Assembly (NCBI GenBank): GCA_963807635.1
Contig: CAWEDJ010000069.1
Coordinates: 38,348-102,347, forward strand
Source of the DNA: an uncultured cyanobacterium
GTDB taxonomy: Bacteria > Cyanobacteriota > Cyanobacteriia > Cyanobacteriales > Microcystaceae
Direction: 5' to 3'
DNA length: 64,000 nt
The notes beneath the pieces were generated by a model, which worked only from the letters and a program-made list of their open reading frames with translations, was not told where the DNA came from and searched no databases. The translations under genes and the position numbers were made by a program. Shown here in pieces: positions 1 through 11,045 of the stretch (positions are counted from its first letter, which is position 1; every line of letters begins with the position of its first letter).

Positions 1-1128
1 AGAGACTTTCATAAAAGAAAAAAGAAACCCCTGCAAATTTTTCAGATCGCACAAAATTAACTTGTTCTTGGATTTGGGTCATGGGTAGGGGACGATTTTT
101 CAGTCCTGATAAAATGCCGATCGCGACGGGAATCTTTTGTTTCGTGGTTTGGACTTCGGGTTTTTGTAATTCTCGCTGAAAATCGCTGAGTTGATTGCGA
201 TAGACTTGCAAAACTAATTGATCGATTAATCCCTGTTGTTGCCAGCTTTGCCAATCCATTAGAAAACAATTTTTAGAAAATCCTTGGGGATTAGGGGAAA
301 CGGAGACTAAAATCTGGGGTTTAACCGCTTTGATTTGTTGGGATAACTTGGCCATATATTCCGTGATTTTCTGCGATCGCCAATCGACCCAGGCTTGCCA
401 TTCAGGATCATTGACCACACAATCCTCGACGGGTTTTAATACGGTTGGATTCGGCGGTAATTTTCCCGAATGTTCCCCTTGATAAAGCTTGAGCGTCAGG
501 GGATCATAACCAAAATCGGCAGGATAACCAAAATGATCATCAAACTGAATGCCGTCAATATCGTACTGATTAACGATTTCGAGGACTAAATCACTAATAA
601 ATTGCTGGACTGCTGGATTGAGAGGATTGAGCCAGACCCGTTCATGGGTTTTACCTTCTAACCAAACCGTTTCCCCATCAGGCTTTTGGGTCAACCAATC
701 GGGATGATTTTTTGCCAAAATTGAATCAACAGGAGCCATAAACCCAAATTCAAACCAGGGAATGACGGCCATTTTTTCCCGATGTCCTTGCTTTACGATT
801 TCCTGCAATAGATCCCTATTTTGTAAACCTTCGCTGGGATCGACCAGTTTTCCTGTGTGCAACTCGGCAATCTGACTGGGATAGAGGGTATGTCCCCAAT
901 TCCAAACAGTGGGATAAAGGCTATTAAATTTGAGCTTGCGAAATCGGCGATCGCGTTTTCGGTTTGTTCGGCCTTGAATAATACGTCACTGTCGATATTG
1001 GTTAACCAGACTCCTCGTATTTCCCCCAAGCTTGAATTTTCGCTCAAGGAAGGGCGAATTGTCAGGGTCACAAATAGAACACAGATACCCAAGATGACTA
1101 AAAACAGCGATCGCTTCATTCGATTCAT
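1..1128 (-). CDS. Glycoside hydrolase family 10-like (GHL10/YddW, UPF0748) protein; frameshift near 945; runs off the left window edge
   Basis: Signal peptide followed by EIRGVWLTNIDSDVLF. After a frame change it reads FNSLYPTVWNWGHTLYPS, then IPWFEFGFMAP, DGIQFDDHFGYP and KFAGVSFFFYESL at the edge. Confidence 0.8.
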
Positions 1129-1241
1129 CTTTTTTAATACTTAATAACTGAACAATGGCCAAGACTGCTCTTTGGCGATCGCTAAAACGACATGATACCA
1201 TGATAGACATATCAAGATAATTAGTAATCCCTCCAAAAACC

Positions 1242-2369
1242 ATGCAGACTGTTGATACCCAACCCGCACCAATTAGCACCATAGACGCACCGAAACAGGG
1301 TTTACCCGTAACGATTATTACAGGATTTTTAGGCAGTGGTAAAACGACGTTATTAAATCATATTTTAACTAACCAAAAAGGCTTAAAAGTTGCCGTTCTA
1401 GTCAATGAATTTGGCGAAATTGGTATTGATAATGAACTGATTATTACCACAGGCGAAACGATGGTAGAACTCAACAATGGTTGTGTTTGTTGTACCATTA
1501 ATGATGATTTAATCCAAGCAGTTTATAATGTCTTAGAACGTCCTGAAAAAGTCGATTATCTAGTAGTAGAAACGACAGGATTAGCCGATCCCTTGCCCGT
1601 TGCCCTCACTTTTTTAGGGACAGAATTGCGGGATATGACTCGCTTAGATTCCATTGTGACAATGGTGGATTGCGAGAATTTTAGTCTGGATTTATTTAAT
1701 AGTGAAGCCGCCCAGAGTCAAATTTCCTACGGTGATATTATTGTTCTCAATAAAACCGATCTCGTCGATGAAGCCGATGTGGATGCCCTCGAAATTAGAA
1801 TCCGTGATATGAAGGATTCAGCCAGAATTCTCCGTACCACAAAAGCGGAAGTTCCTCTGCCCTTGGTGTTAAGCGTGGGTTTATTCGAGTCGGATCAATA
1901 TTTTAAAACGGAAGAAGTTAAGGATGAACACCATGATCACGATCACGCCCATGAGCATGATCATGAATGTACTCCCGATTGCGGCCATGATCACCATCAC
2001 CATGACCACGATCATGACCACCATCACCATGACCACTCCAGTCATTTAGAAAATGATGGCTTTACCTCTATTTCTTTTGAGAGTGATAAACCTTTTTCGA
2101 TTCGTAAATTTCAACATTTCCTCGATAATCAATTACCCAGTAATGTTTTTCGCGCAAAGGGAATTCTTTGGTTTAAGGAAAGCCCTAAACGTCATATCTT
2201 CCATCTCAGTGGTAAACGCTTTAGTTTAGAAGACAGTGAATGGAAAGCTGAACCCAAAAATCAATTGGTTTTGATCTGCGAAGATTTGGATCATGACCGT
2301 TTACGCCAACAAATCGAAAGCTGTCTGAATGCGCCTGTTGCTACTCGTGGTAAGGGTTTTGGTCGTTAG
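1242..2369 (+). CDS. COG0523/CobW-family G3E GTPase (metallochaperone) with a His-rich insert
   Basis: ITGFLGSGKTT, NEFGE, GCVCC, ETTGLADP and NKTD motifs; His/Asp-rich tract at about 1925-2047; CobW_C-like FRAKG. Confidence 0.92.
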   Translation: MQTVDTQPAPISTIDAPKQGLPVTIITGFLGSGKTTLLNHILTNQKGLKVAVLVNEFGEIGIDNELIITTGETMVELNNGCVCCTINDDLIQAVYNVLERPEKVDYLVVETTGLADPLPVALTFLGTELRDMTRLDSIVTMVDCENFSLDLFNSEAAQSQISYGDIIVLNKTDLVDEADVDALEIRIRDMKDSARILRTTKAEVPLPLVLSVGLFESDQYFKTEEVKDEHHDHDHAHEHDHECTPDCGHDHHHHDHDHDHHHHDHSSHLENDGFTSISFESDKPFSIRKFQHFLDNQLPSNVFRAKGILWFKESPKRHIFHLSGKRFSLEDSEWKAEPKNQLVLICEDLDHDRLRQQIESCLNAPVATRGKGFGR

Positions 2370-2390
2370 AGATTAATATTATTGTTTATT

Positions 2391-2434
2391 CCCCGCGATG
2401 TGGCACATTATGCTTATTGTCGGGGTTTTTTTTT
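2391..2434 (+). terminator. Putative intrinsic terminator after the COG0523 gene
   Basis: CCCCG...CGGGG stem followed by a 9-T run. Confidence 0.55.
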
Positions 2435-2549
2435 GTGGTTGCGATCGCAAAAAAAGGTGTTTATTTTGAATAATTTTCTGATGAACTTTTAAGTTTGGCA
2501 AGTTTCGGTAAGAAATCGCTGATAATTGAGTGTTTAGTCCCAAGCAAAA

Positions 2550-4694
2550 TTGTATAATGGCACTATCAAAAAAAATGAGGTTTTGGGTATGCTAACAGGA
2601 GTAGAGCCTTTAATTGTTGATGCCTTAGCCAAAGGATTAATCGGGCAATTGGTGAAGTCGGGCTGGGAAGGTATTGCGAACAGTGAGTTACTCCAAGCCA
2701 ATGTGGGGGATTTATGGCGAGATGGAAAATATCTCTTTGTCAGGGAATATGCTCAACGGTATTGGGGTCGGCACGGGCTCGTCAGAGTGTTGAAAATGGC
2801 TAAGCCGATGGATTTGGAATCAATTTATATTAATGTGCAATGTTTGGATAAATTTACACGCGACAAATATGAATCCAGTCTCAACTTAGAAAAAGCATTT
2901 CGAGAAAGTAATCAACGGCGGTATCGTTCTCAAAAAGACGGCAAACAAGAGGGCATGATGTTTGCGAATCAGGAAAAATATTTGATGGTTTTTGGAGAGC
3001 CTGGTATTGGCAAATCTACTTTTTTGCGGAAGGTTGGTTTAGAGGCAATGAAAGGAAATAATGAAAAATATCAACCTAATTTAACCCCTGTTTTATTAGA
3101 GTTAAAGCACTTTAAAGAAGAGCAGATTGATATTCAGGGATTAATCCAAAAAGAGTTTGATATTTGTGGTTTTCCTAACGTAGAAAAAGCCATTCCTGAT
3201 AAATTAAAGAAGGGTGAGTTATTAATTTTATTGGATGGTTTAGATGAAGTTCCTGATGCTAATACCAATAATGTAATTACAACCATTCAAAATTTTGTCG
3301 ATCAACATAACAAAAATCGCTTTATCATTTCCTGTCGCACGGCGGCTCGTACTCATTTTAGACAATTTACGGATATTGAAATTGTCGAGTTTGATGATCA
3401 ACAAATTGAGACTTTTATTAAGCATTGGTTTAGGGATGAACCAGAAACAGCGCAGGAATGTTGGCAATTGTTACAACAACCTAAATATGCCAGTGCTAAG
3501 GAATTGGGACAAACGCCCTTATTATTAACATTTCTTTGTTTAGCTTACGATGAAAATCAAGCGTTTCCCACTAATCGTAGTCGTTTGTATGGGGATGCTT
3601 TACGAATTTTATTAGAACGTTGGGCGGCAGAAAAAAGTTTACCCAATCGGCGACAAATTTACGAGAATTTGAGTATTGAAAATGAAGAAATTTTACTGTC
3701 AGAAATTGCCTATTTTTATTTTAGTGAAGACCGATTATTTTACAATCAAGGGGAATTAACGGATCAAATTAAAACTTTTTTAAGGGATAGTCTCAATGCC
3801 CCCCATTATTTAGATGGTGAGCAGATTTTAAAAACGATTGAAAAAGAGCAAGGAATTTTTGTGGAACGGGCGCGGGGGGAATATTCTTTTTCCCATTTAA
3901 CGTTACAGGAATATCTGACGGCGAAATATATTGTCGATAATAATTTGGTCGGGCAGGTGGTGAAAGCTCATCTCACGGAACCTCGTTGGCGAGAAGTTTT
4001 TTTGCTGATTGCGGGCTTGATTTTAGGGAAACAACAAACCAGTGACTTTTTTGGGGTAATGGCCCAGATGGCCAAAGATTTTCTTCAAACTCAACTGGGA
4101 AAAAAATTCCTACCTGTTTTAGAATGGGCAGACCGCATGACCAAAGATTCGGTGAATAGTCCCATTAAACGCCCAAGAAGAAGAGCGATCGCCTCCACCA
4201 CCGTCACCACCGTCGCCGCCGTCACCGCCTACACCAATGCCTTCGCCAACGGCTACACCTATGTCACTGCCAACCCTTACGACACTCACGCCTTCGACTC
4301 CGTCACCGTCAGCCTCAGCTCCAACGCCAATGCCAATGCCAAATTCATCGAATCTTGGATAACATTGACTGAATTATTTCAAAAAGACCAAATTTTTTCG
4401 ACCGTTAATTATCAGTCTTTAAGCACAAAATTAAGAGAAGAGCAAGACTTTTTTAACACGAAACCTCAATTAACAGACAAAGAATTTAAGGAAAGAATCG
4501 AGGCTATATTTCAAGTTTGGAATCAAACCTTTTCCCTAACTCCAGACTTATTAAACTTTGGGTTTGAGGAAATAGGCAACATTGATCAGCAGTATTTCTA
4601 TATTTATCGCTTGATGTTGGACTGCCAAAAAATCGCGCCGAATTTGGCTCCTGGGGTTTGGGCAGAAATTGAAAACGGAATGTTATTGCCTTAA
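2550..4694 (+). CDS. NACHT-domain (STAND) NTPase; start may be the ATG at 2589
   Basis: Walker A GEPGIGKST, Walker B LLILLDGLDE, FIISCR, TPLLL, YSFSHLTLQEYLTA and WREVFLL. Confidence 0.9.
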   Translation: MYNGTIKKNEVLGMLTGVEPLIVDALAKGLIGQLVKSGWEGIANSELLQANVGDLWRDGKYLFVREYAQRYWGRHGLVRVLKMAKPMDLESIYINVQCLDKFTRDKYESSLNLEKAFRESNQRRYRSQKDGKQEGMMFANQEKYLMVFGEPGIGKSTFLRKVGLEAMKGNNEKYQPNLTPVLLELKHFKEEQIDIQGLIQKEFDICGFPNVEKAIPDKLKKGELLILLDGLDEVPDANTNNVITTIQNFVDQHNKNRFIISCRTAARTHFRQFTDIEIVEFDDQQIETFIKHWFRDEPETAQECWQLLQQPKYASAKELGQTPLLLTFLCLAYDENQAFPTNRSRLYGDALRILLERWAAEKSLPNRRQIYENLSIENEEILLSEIAYFYFSEDRLFYNQGELTDQIKTFLRDSLNAPHYLDGEQILKTIEKEQGIFVERARGEYSFSHLTLQEYLTAKYIVDNNLVGQVVKAHLTEPRWREVFLLIAGLILGKQQTSDFFGVMAQMAKDFLQTQLGKKFLPVLEWADRMTKDSVNSPIKRPRRRAIASTTVTTVAAVTAYTNAFANGYTYVTANPYDTHAFDSVTVSLSSNANANAKFIESWITLTELFQKDQIFSTVNYQSLSTKLREEQDFFNTKPQLTDKEFKERIEAIFQVWNQTFSLTPDLLNFGFEEIGNIDQQYFYIYRLMLDCQKIAPNLAPGVWAEIENGMLLP
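4191..4340 (+). repeat. Low-complexity in-frame tract of 50 NNY codons inside the NACHT gene
   Basis: 43 codons end in C and 7 in T, against A/T-ending codons in the flanks; ends in AAC GCC AAT GCC AAT GCC. Confidence 0.85.
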
Positions 4695-4871
4695 TTTTGT
4701 CCTGCACTTTTTTAAAATTTACCCATCATGACAATTGCGATCGCGTTTTTACTGGAGTTTTAGGGAGCGATCGCGTAATACTCACTCTCAAAACCAGTTG
4801 AATCAATGATGATTTTTACTGATTAACTCAGTTATCCTATAGTAAAGTTACAAATCTTAACCTCAAGCCTT

Positions 4872-5835
4872 ATGCCTACCGTTAGTCTATTGCGTGCTGA
4901 TTCCTACGAAATTGAACGTTTATCCGCTTCCGTCCAAGCCTTGCTCGAACCCCTGGGCGGAATCGAAGCTTTCGTTAAAAAAGGCGATCGCGTTTTACTC
5001 AAACCCAATCTGTTAACGGCGGGTCGTCCAGAGAGAGAATGTATCACCCGTCCCGAACTGGTTTATTGTGTGGCAAAGCTAGTGAAATCAGTGGGAGGAA
5101 AACCTTTTTTGGGAGATAGTCCCGCTTTTGGAAGTGCTAGGGGCGTAGTGGAAACCAATGGCTATCTGTCCTATTTAGAAGAATTAGACATTCCCGTTGT
5201 GGAATTTCGAGGACAATCGTTATCAAACCGAAAGCGATAATTTCAATCATTTGCGTTTATCCAAGGAAACAATGGAAGCGGATGTGGTGATTAATTTACC
5301 GAAAATTAAATCCCATGTTCAATTAACCATGACCCTGGGCGTGAAAAACCTCTTCGGTTGTGTCCCTGGCAAAATGAAAGCCTGGTGGCACATGGAAGCA
5401 GGCAAGGACAGCGATCGCTTTGGCGAAATGTTAGTAGAAACGGCTAGGGCAATTAATCCCAATTTGACTATTTTAGACGGAATTATCGGTCACGAAGGCA
5501 ATGGCCCGATGAATGGGGTTCCCCGCGCTCTGGGAATTTTAGGAGCTTCTAGCAATGTGTTTGCTCTGGATTGGGCGATGGCAGATATTATCCAAGTGAA
5601 TCCTGCCGATGTACCGACCTTAGCCGCTCAACAACGCTTAGGTCTCGGTTTTGATCTGGCTGATCTAGATTTTCCCCTAGAGCATCCCCAGCAATTACAA
5701 GTGAGTGACTGGAAACTGCCCGAAGCTCTGATGCCCATTGATTTTGGCTTACCCAGGGTATTGCGATCGACCTTTAAGCACTTCTATATTCGCTTTATCA
5801 AGGAACCGTTAAACACCTATGCGTTGAAACCCTGA
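4872..5835 (+). CDS. DUF362 family protein; frameshift near 5210
   Basis: VLLKPNLL and GDSP in the first ORF; VINLPKIKSH, TLGVKNLFG and EGNGP in the second, overlapping ORF. Confidence 0.85.
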
Positions 5836-5861
5836 CATTGATTGAATTTTTTGTCACATCA

Positions 5862-5968
5862 ACTACATAAATTTCTAGGGTTTAGCCATAACTTAGGAAC
5901 AAGACATAAAGTCAATATCACCCTCCGATTGCTAGAGAGCCGCCCATCCTTCAGTGGCGGTTTTTTAT
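5862..5968 (+). ncRNA. psrR1: Probable PsrR1 (SyR1)-like small RNA; 5' end approximate
   Basis: Core AAGACATAAAGTCAATATCACCCTCCGATTGCTAGAG matches my recollection of the conserved PsrR1 core and includes an anti-SD-like CCCTCC. It is followed by a CCGCC/GGCGG hairpin and T-run at 5940-5966. Confidence 0.6.
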
Positions 5969-6314
5969 TGCCTCCAGATCTCCCCCCTTCAAGTTCCCCC
6001 ATTTTTTTCTGTCAAACAGGCGATCGCGATCGCAGATCCCAGTAATGTTAAGAATTTTTAGATAAGTTTACATAAAAAAGTTAAGAAAGTTACAGCCATT
6101 GAGATCCGCTTAATATTTTGAGATCCTTTGATAAGGCTGAATCCTTTTTTTAGCGATAAGTCTTACTGTGAAAGGATTTAAAGCTCATCTTCATTTTTCT
6201 GTTGTCATGACTTTTCTTCAAAATCTCTGCCTATTTATAGACATAAACAAGCGATCAGCCCATACATAATTATTTTTTTTTCGTCAAGGGGGTTGTCATT
6301 TATCTTAATATAGT

Positions 6315-6332
6315 GTTACATTAGTTTACATA
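6315..6332 (+). promoter_or_regulatory. HLR1 (RpaB-binding) motif upstream of hliB
   Basis: GTTACATT-AG-TTTACATA is a perfect match to the (G/T)TTACA(T/A)(T/A)-N2 direct repeat. Confidence 0.85.
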
Positions 6333-6367
6333 AAGACAAAAGCACATAACTCAACAGGAAATTAACA

Positions 6368-6586
6368 ATGACTTCTTCTACACGCGGATTTCGCCTCGAC
6401 TCTGACAATCGTTTAAATAACTTCGCGATCGAACCCCAAGTATATGTTGATGAAACCGTCCAAGCAGGTTGGACTGAATACGCCGAGAAAATGAATGGAC
6501 GCTTTGCCATGATCGGTTTTGTTTCCCTCCTAATCATGGAAGTTGTGACGGGTCACGGTGTCATCGGTTGGTTAACTAGCCTCTAA
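6368..6586 (+). CDS. hliB: High-light-inducible protein (HliB/ScpD type)
   Basis: [18 protein letters not shown] and the chlorophyll-binding motif [13 protein letters not shown]; directly upstream of lilA, as hliB is in Synechocystis. Confidence 0.85.
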   Translation: MTSSTRGFRLDSDNRLNNFAIEPQVYVDETVQAGWTEYAEKMNGRFAMIGFVSLLIMEVVTGHGVIGWLTSL

Positions 6587-6723
6587 TCGAAAAACTGGGC
6601 TTTGCAGGCGAACGGAAACCTTTACTTAAAAGGAACCCCAGCCATTTATGAGAAAAATTAACGCCCCCTTCTCATTATTTTTAAACTTTACAAAAATTCT
6701 TTCTATACTCTGGAGCTACTACT

Positions 6724-6999
6724 ATGAATTCTGATTATGATATCTACGCCAACAAAGACCTTTTTGCTCCCGTTGTTTTCCGCTCGGACTTTAATAGCTT
6801 TAAACCCATTTCGGGAAACCAAGCTTGGTCACTATTTTTCACAGGCGGCCAAGAAGACAAGGAATTAGGTGCTAATCCTGAAACGGGACGCTTTTTTACC
6901 AATACTCTAGCCGCGATCGGCGTTGTGGGAATTGTCTGGGCTTTCTGTTTTAGCCACCCCCAACTCTTCGGTTTTGCTCACACGCCCTTTATTGGTTAA
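6724..6999 (+). CDS. lilA: LilA (Slr1544-like) single-helix membrane protein
   Basis: DLFAPVVFR...QAWSLFFT.GQEDK...RFFTNTL plus a C-terminal TM helix; follows the hli gene. Confidence 0.75.
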   Translation: MNSDYDIYANKDLFAPVVFRSDFNSFKPISGNQAWSLFFTGGQEDKELGANPETGRFFTNTLAAIGVVGIVWAFCFSHPQLFGFAHTPFIG

Positions 7000-7229
7000 T
7001 TGCATGAAAAAACATTAATCCTCTGTCAACAATGAACTCGAACTTTCCTCTCAAGATAATTGGGGGGATTTTTTATCTATTTCCGATAAATTCAATAACC
7101 GTAAACTTGGTTAAAAGGCTGAAGTTTGGATTGAGCCGCGATCACCGCTTAAAATCTGGTGTGGCTTTTCGTTCATCCGTAACCCAGGAAATCAGCTACA
7201 ATTTCAGATGATCTGTAATGGCCTAAGCG

Positions 7230-9097
7230 ATGACTGACCTGATTCTAGATGTTCGTAACTTGCAAATTGAATTTGCCAGAGAAGGAAAAACTGCCCCCAT
7301 CATCGCGGTTGATCGCATTGGCTTCCAATTGCAACGGGGAAAAATTCTGGGCATTGTGGGTGAATCAGGTTCGGGCAAATCTGTCACGTCTTTGGCGATT
7401 ATGGGACTGATTCCCAAGCCAGGTAGAATTGCAGAAAGCAGTGAAATTTATTTTTACCCCACTGAGGGCAGTCATGACGTAAATTTAGTCACTTTAAATG
7501 ACGACGAAAAACGTCAGTATCGCGGCGGAAAAATTGCCATGATTTTCCAGGAACCCATGAGTTCCCTTAATCCCGTTTACAATATCGGTTTTCAAATTAC
7601 AGAAGCGATCCAACTCCATCAAAAAGTTACTCCCGAACAAGCCAAACAACAGGCGATCGCCTTATTACAAGAGGTTCGTGTTTTAGCGAGTGATGAGACC
7701 TTAGAAGAAACTTTTTTAACGAAAAATTTAGCGAAAAATCCCCAGAAATCGGGTGCTGTGACCGAGCAAATTAAAGCTTATATTAAACAACAAAAACAAG
7801 ATTTTTTAAAACGCTATCCCCACGAACTTTCTGGTGGTCAACTGCAACGGGTGATGATCGCCATGGCCATTTCCTGTAATCCCAGTTTATTGATCGCCGA
7901 TGAACCGACCACCGCCCTAGATGTCACGGTGCAAGCAGAAATTCTCAACTTCTGCGGGATCTCTGCACCAGCGATGAGCGCAATATGTCGATGATTTTTA
8001 TTTCCCACGATCTAGGGGTAATTAATGAAATTGCTGACCTGGTGGCGGTCATGTATCAAGGTAAAATTGTTGAAAATGGTAGTAAAGAGCAAGTCCTCTA
8101 TGCTCCCCAACACCCCTATACCAAGGGATTATTAGCCTGTCGTCCTCGGTTACAACCCCAACTGGCCCAATTGCCGACAGTGGCGGATTTTATGGAATCG
8201 GATCAGCCCGCCAAAACCTATGCAATTATTAGTCCCGAAGAAGAACAGCAACGATTAACCCGTTTAGCGAAACAGGAACCTCTGCTCAAAGTGAGAGCAT
8301 TAACGGTTGAATTTTCTAAGTCAGGATTACTCGGAAAGCAGGATTCTTTTAAGGCGGTTGATAATATTAATTTTCAAGTTTTTCCAGGGGAAACTTTAGG
8401 ATTAGTGGGAGAATCGGGCTGTGGAAAATCAACCTTAGCCCGTACTCTTTTGCGGTTAATTCCTTCCCAATCAGGAGAAATTATATTTGGGGGAGAAACG
8501 ATTTCTAAGTTAGAGATGAGAAGTAAAAAATTGCGAAACCTACGAAGAGAAATGCAAATTGTTTTCCAAAATCCCTATAATTCCCTAAACCCTCGCATCA
8601 GCATCGGTAAAGCGATTATGGAGCCGATGATTATTCACCAAATCGAGAAGAGCGATCGCAAACGGAAGGAAAGAGTTTCGTCTTTATTAGAAAGAGTCGG
8701 TCTTGCTCCCGATTGGTTTAATCGCTATCCTCACGAATTATCGGGCGGTCAGAGGCAACGGGTTTGTATTGCCAGAGCCTTGGCCCTCAATCCCCAATTT
8801 ATTATTTGTGATGAATCGGTATCTGCTTTAGATGTTTCTGTTCAAGCTCAGGTTTTAAATTTATTTAAAGATCTCCAACAGGAATTCCAATTAACCTATA
8901 TTTTTATTTCCCATGATCTGAGTGTGGTTCGTTTTATGAGCGATCGCATCATGGTAATGAATAAGGGCAAACTCGCTGAAGAGATTAATTCTGCCCAGGC
9001 GATCATTACCCAACCCCAGAGTGCCTATACCCAAAAGCTGATCAATTCTATCCCCCAATTCCCCGACGATATGCAGTGGTTAAATGAGCAAAATTAG
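7230..9097 (+). CDS. Peptide/nickel-type ABC transporter ATP-binding protein with two ATPase domains; frameshift near 7950
   Basis: [13 protein letters not shown] and DEPTT in the first half; [16 protein letters not shown] and DESVS in the second; HPYTKGLL linker. Confidence 0.88.
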
Positions 9098-9203
9098 TTG
9101 AGCGATCGCATCAAATCACCTCAAATTAAATCAAAAAATCGAGAATCTTAGGATTAAAAAACCATTCCTCATTCTCGATAATTTAATTCATTAACAAAAA
9201 CGA

Positions 9204-10784
9204 TTAGCCCACTAAAGCTTCCTGTTTTTGCTCTACTGCCTGACGTTGAGCCTCCTGAGCCAAATATTCCGCTAATTGAGCTTCAATTTCGTCACGGACA
9301 ATCTGACGATATTCCATAAAATGCTCGTTGTGGGCGCAGAGGGTTAGATAATGCTCAAAAACGGCGGGATTGTGACGAATAATGCCAAATAAGTGATGCC
9401 AAAAACGCCAACGAGTATCCCGTTTAATGCCTTGTCTCCAAATGACGATCGCCAACGCTTTGATATCAATGAAGCTGGGTAATTTGGCGGGGGGATGACA
9501 TCGGGGCGCACCCAATTTAAGGAAACAACGATAGATGCGGTCTAAATATAAATGGGGATCATAAAGTTGCCAAAAAGCATGGACGTATTCGTTGGCAATA
9601 TCCTCTAGGGGACGGGTGGGGATAAAGTTCATCAAGGTAGTTTGATTAATGTTGCCGTCTTTTTCTGCCCTGAGTCGATTTTCCCGTTCGAGACGATGCC
9701 ACAGTGCCGTATTGGGTAACGCCTGAAGCATGGCAAAAGTGGTGGTCGGAATGGCAGTTAGTTCGGCAAACTGGATAATGCGATCGCCCGCGCCTTTTTT
9801 CTCCCCATCAAAGCCGATAATAAAACCAGCGATAGGACGTAAACCAATTTTAAGCAGTTTATCGATGGAATCGACGAGGGAATTGCGGGTATTTTGGAAC
9901 TTTTTAGTTAATTGTAAACTTTCTTCATCGGGAGTTTCGATGCCCAAAAAGACCGCATCAAAATAACAATCCACCATCAATTCCATCAATTCTTCATCAT
10001 CGGCTAAATCAATAGAAGCTTCTGTATTAAAGCGGAAGGGATACTGATGTTCTTTTTGCCAGATTTTGAGTTCTTTTAACAGTAATTTAACGTTGCGTTT
10101 GTTACCGATGAAATTATCATCCACCATGAAAACACCTCGTCGCCAGCCGAGTTCGTAGAGATAATCTAATTCCTTAAGAAGCTGTTCGGGGGCTTTGGTA
10201 CGGGGTTTGCGTCCGTAGAGAACAATGATGTCGCAAAATTCGCACTGGAAAGGGCAACCTCTGGAAAATTGCACCGACATAGAATCATACTGATCCAATT
10301 CCAGTAGGTCATAGCGAGGAACAGGGGTAATCGTGACATCAGGTTTTTCTTGGGTACGGAATACGCCAGAAGTCTCACCCTTGGCGATCGCCTCAATAAA
10401 CATGGGGATGGTAATTTCGCCTTCATCCAAAACCATGAAATCTACGCCTGCACCCTGTACTTCGTGGGGAACAGAGGTAGGATAGGGGCCGCCGACAGCG
10501 ACTAATTTATTGCGTCGTTTTGCTTCTTTGATTTGATCTAATAAATCTTCTTTTTGGACAATCATGCCCGATAAAATCACAATTTCTGACCATTCCCATT
10601 CTTCTTCGGTGACGGCTCTGATATTTCGGTCAACTAGCTTAAATTCCCACTCCTGGGGCAAAATCGCGGCGACGGTAATCAATCCCAAGGGCGGCAGTAA
10701 AACTTTGCGATTTACGAGTTGGAGAATCTTTTCGTAAGACCAAAAAGTGGGGGGGAAAACGGGATAGATAAGTAATGCTCGCAT
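9204..10784 (-). CDS. B12-binding radical SAM protein (DUF4070 C-terminus)
   Basis: RGCPFQCEFC (CxxxCxxC), N-terminal PPLGL and GGPY, and FIIGFDGE. Confidence 0.88.
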   Translation of the reverse strand: MRALLIYPVFPPTFWSYEKILQLVNRKVLLPPLGLITVAAILPQEWEFKLVDRNIRAVTEEEWEWSEIVILSGMIVQKEDLLDQIKEAKRRNKLVAVGGPYPTSVPHEVQGAGVDFMVLDEGEITIPMFIEAIAKGETSGVFRTQEKPDVTITPVPRYDLLELDQYDSMSVQFSRGCPFQCEFCDIIVLYGRKPRTKAPEQLLKELDYLYELGWRRGVFMVDDNFIGNKRNVKLLLKELKIWQKEHQYPFRFNTEASIDLADDEELMELMVDCYFDAVFLGIETPDEESLQLTKKFQNTRNSLVDSIDKLLKIGLRPIAGFIIGFDGEKKGAGDRIIQFAELTAIPTTTFAMLQALPNTALWHRLERENRLRAEKDGNINQTTLMNFIPTRPLEDIANEYVHAFWQLYDPHLYLDRIYRCFLKLGAPRCHPPAKLPSFIDIKALAIVIWRQGIKRDTRWRFWHHLFGIIRHNPAVFEHYLTLCAHNEHFMEYRQIVRDEIEAQLAEYLAQEAQRQAVEQKQEALVG

Positions 10785-11045
10785 GGGAATTGATAAATGC
10801 CCTTATTTAGGAGATTGAAGATGGTTTTGTCATCATTGTTTAACCTGTTATACCATAAATTTCAGGAAATGACCGAGTTTATACGGATTTTTTAAGTTTC
10901 TCTTTTCGGGAACTTTTTCCCCTCAGTTCTCGTAATTCTTCAACAATCAGCAAGATTAACTCCGATTTTTCTTGAATGCCTAAAACCTTTGGATTAGACG
11001 GTGCGTTAAACTCCAGGGTGAACTATTCGTCTCGTCCTTTCTTTT

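Noticed and set aside
4737..4774. Paired HIP1 sites here and at about 34474-34510 as SDR5-like elements
   Set aside because: The spacing is 29-30 nt rather than 21 and the CGGCACTG core is absent.
5853..5870. HLR1 box at the putative sRNA promoter
   Set aside because: The half-sites are degenerate and 9 bp apart rather than 10.
5842..6045. 67-aa ORF
   Set aside because: It runs through an intrinsic terminator and overlaps the probable sRNA, and the translation is not protein-like.
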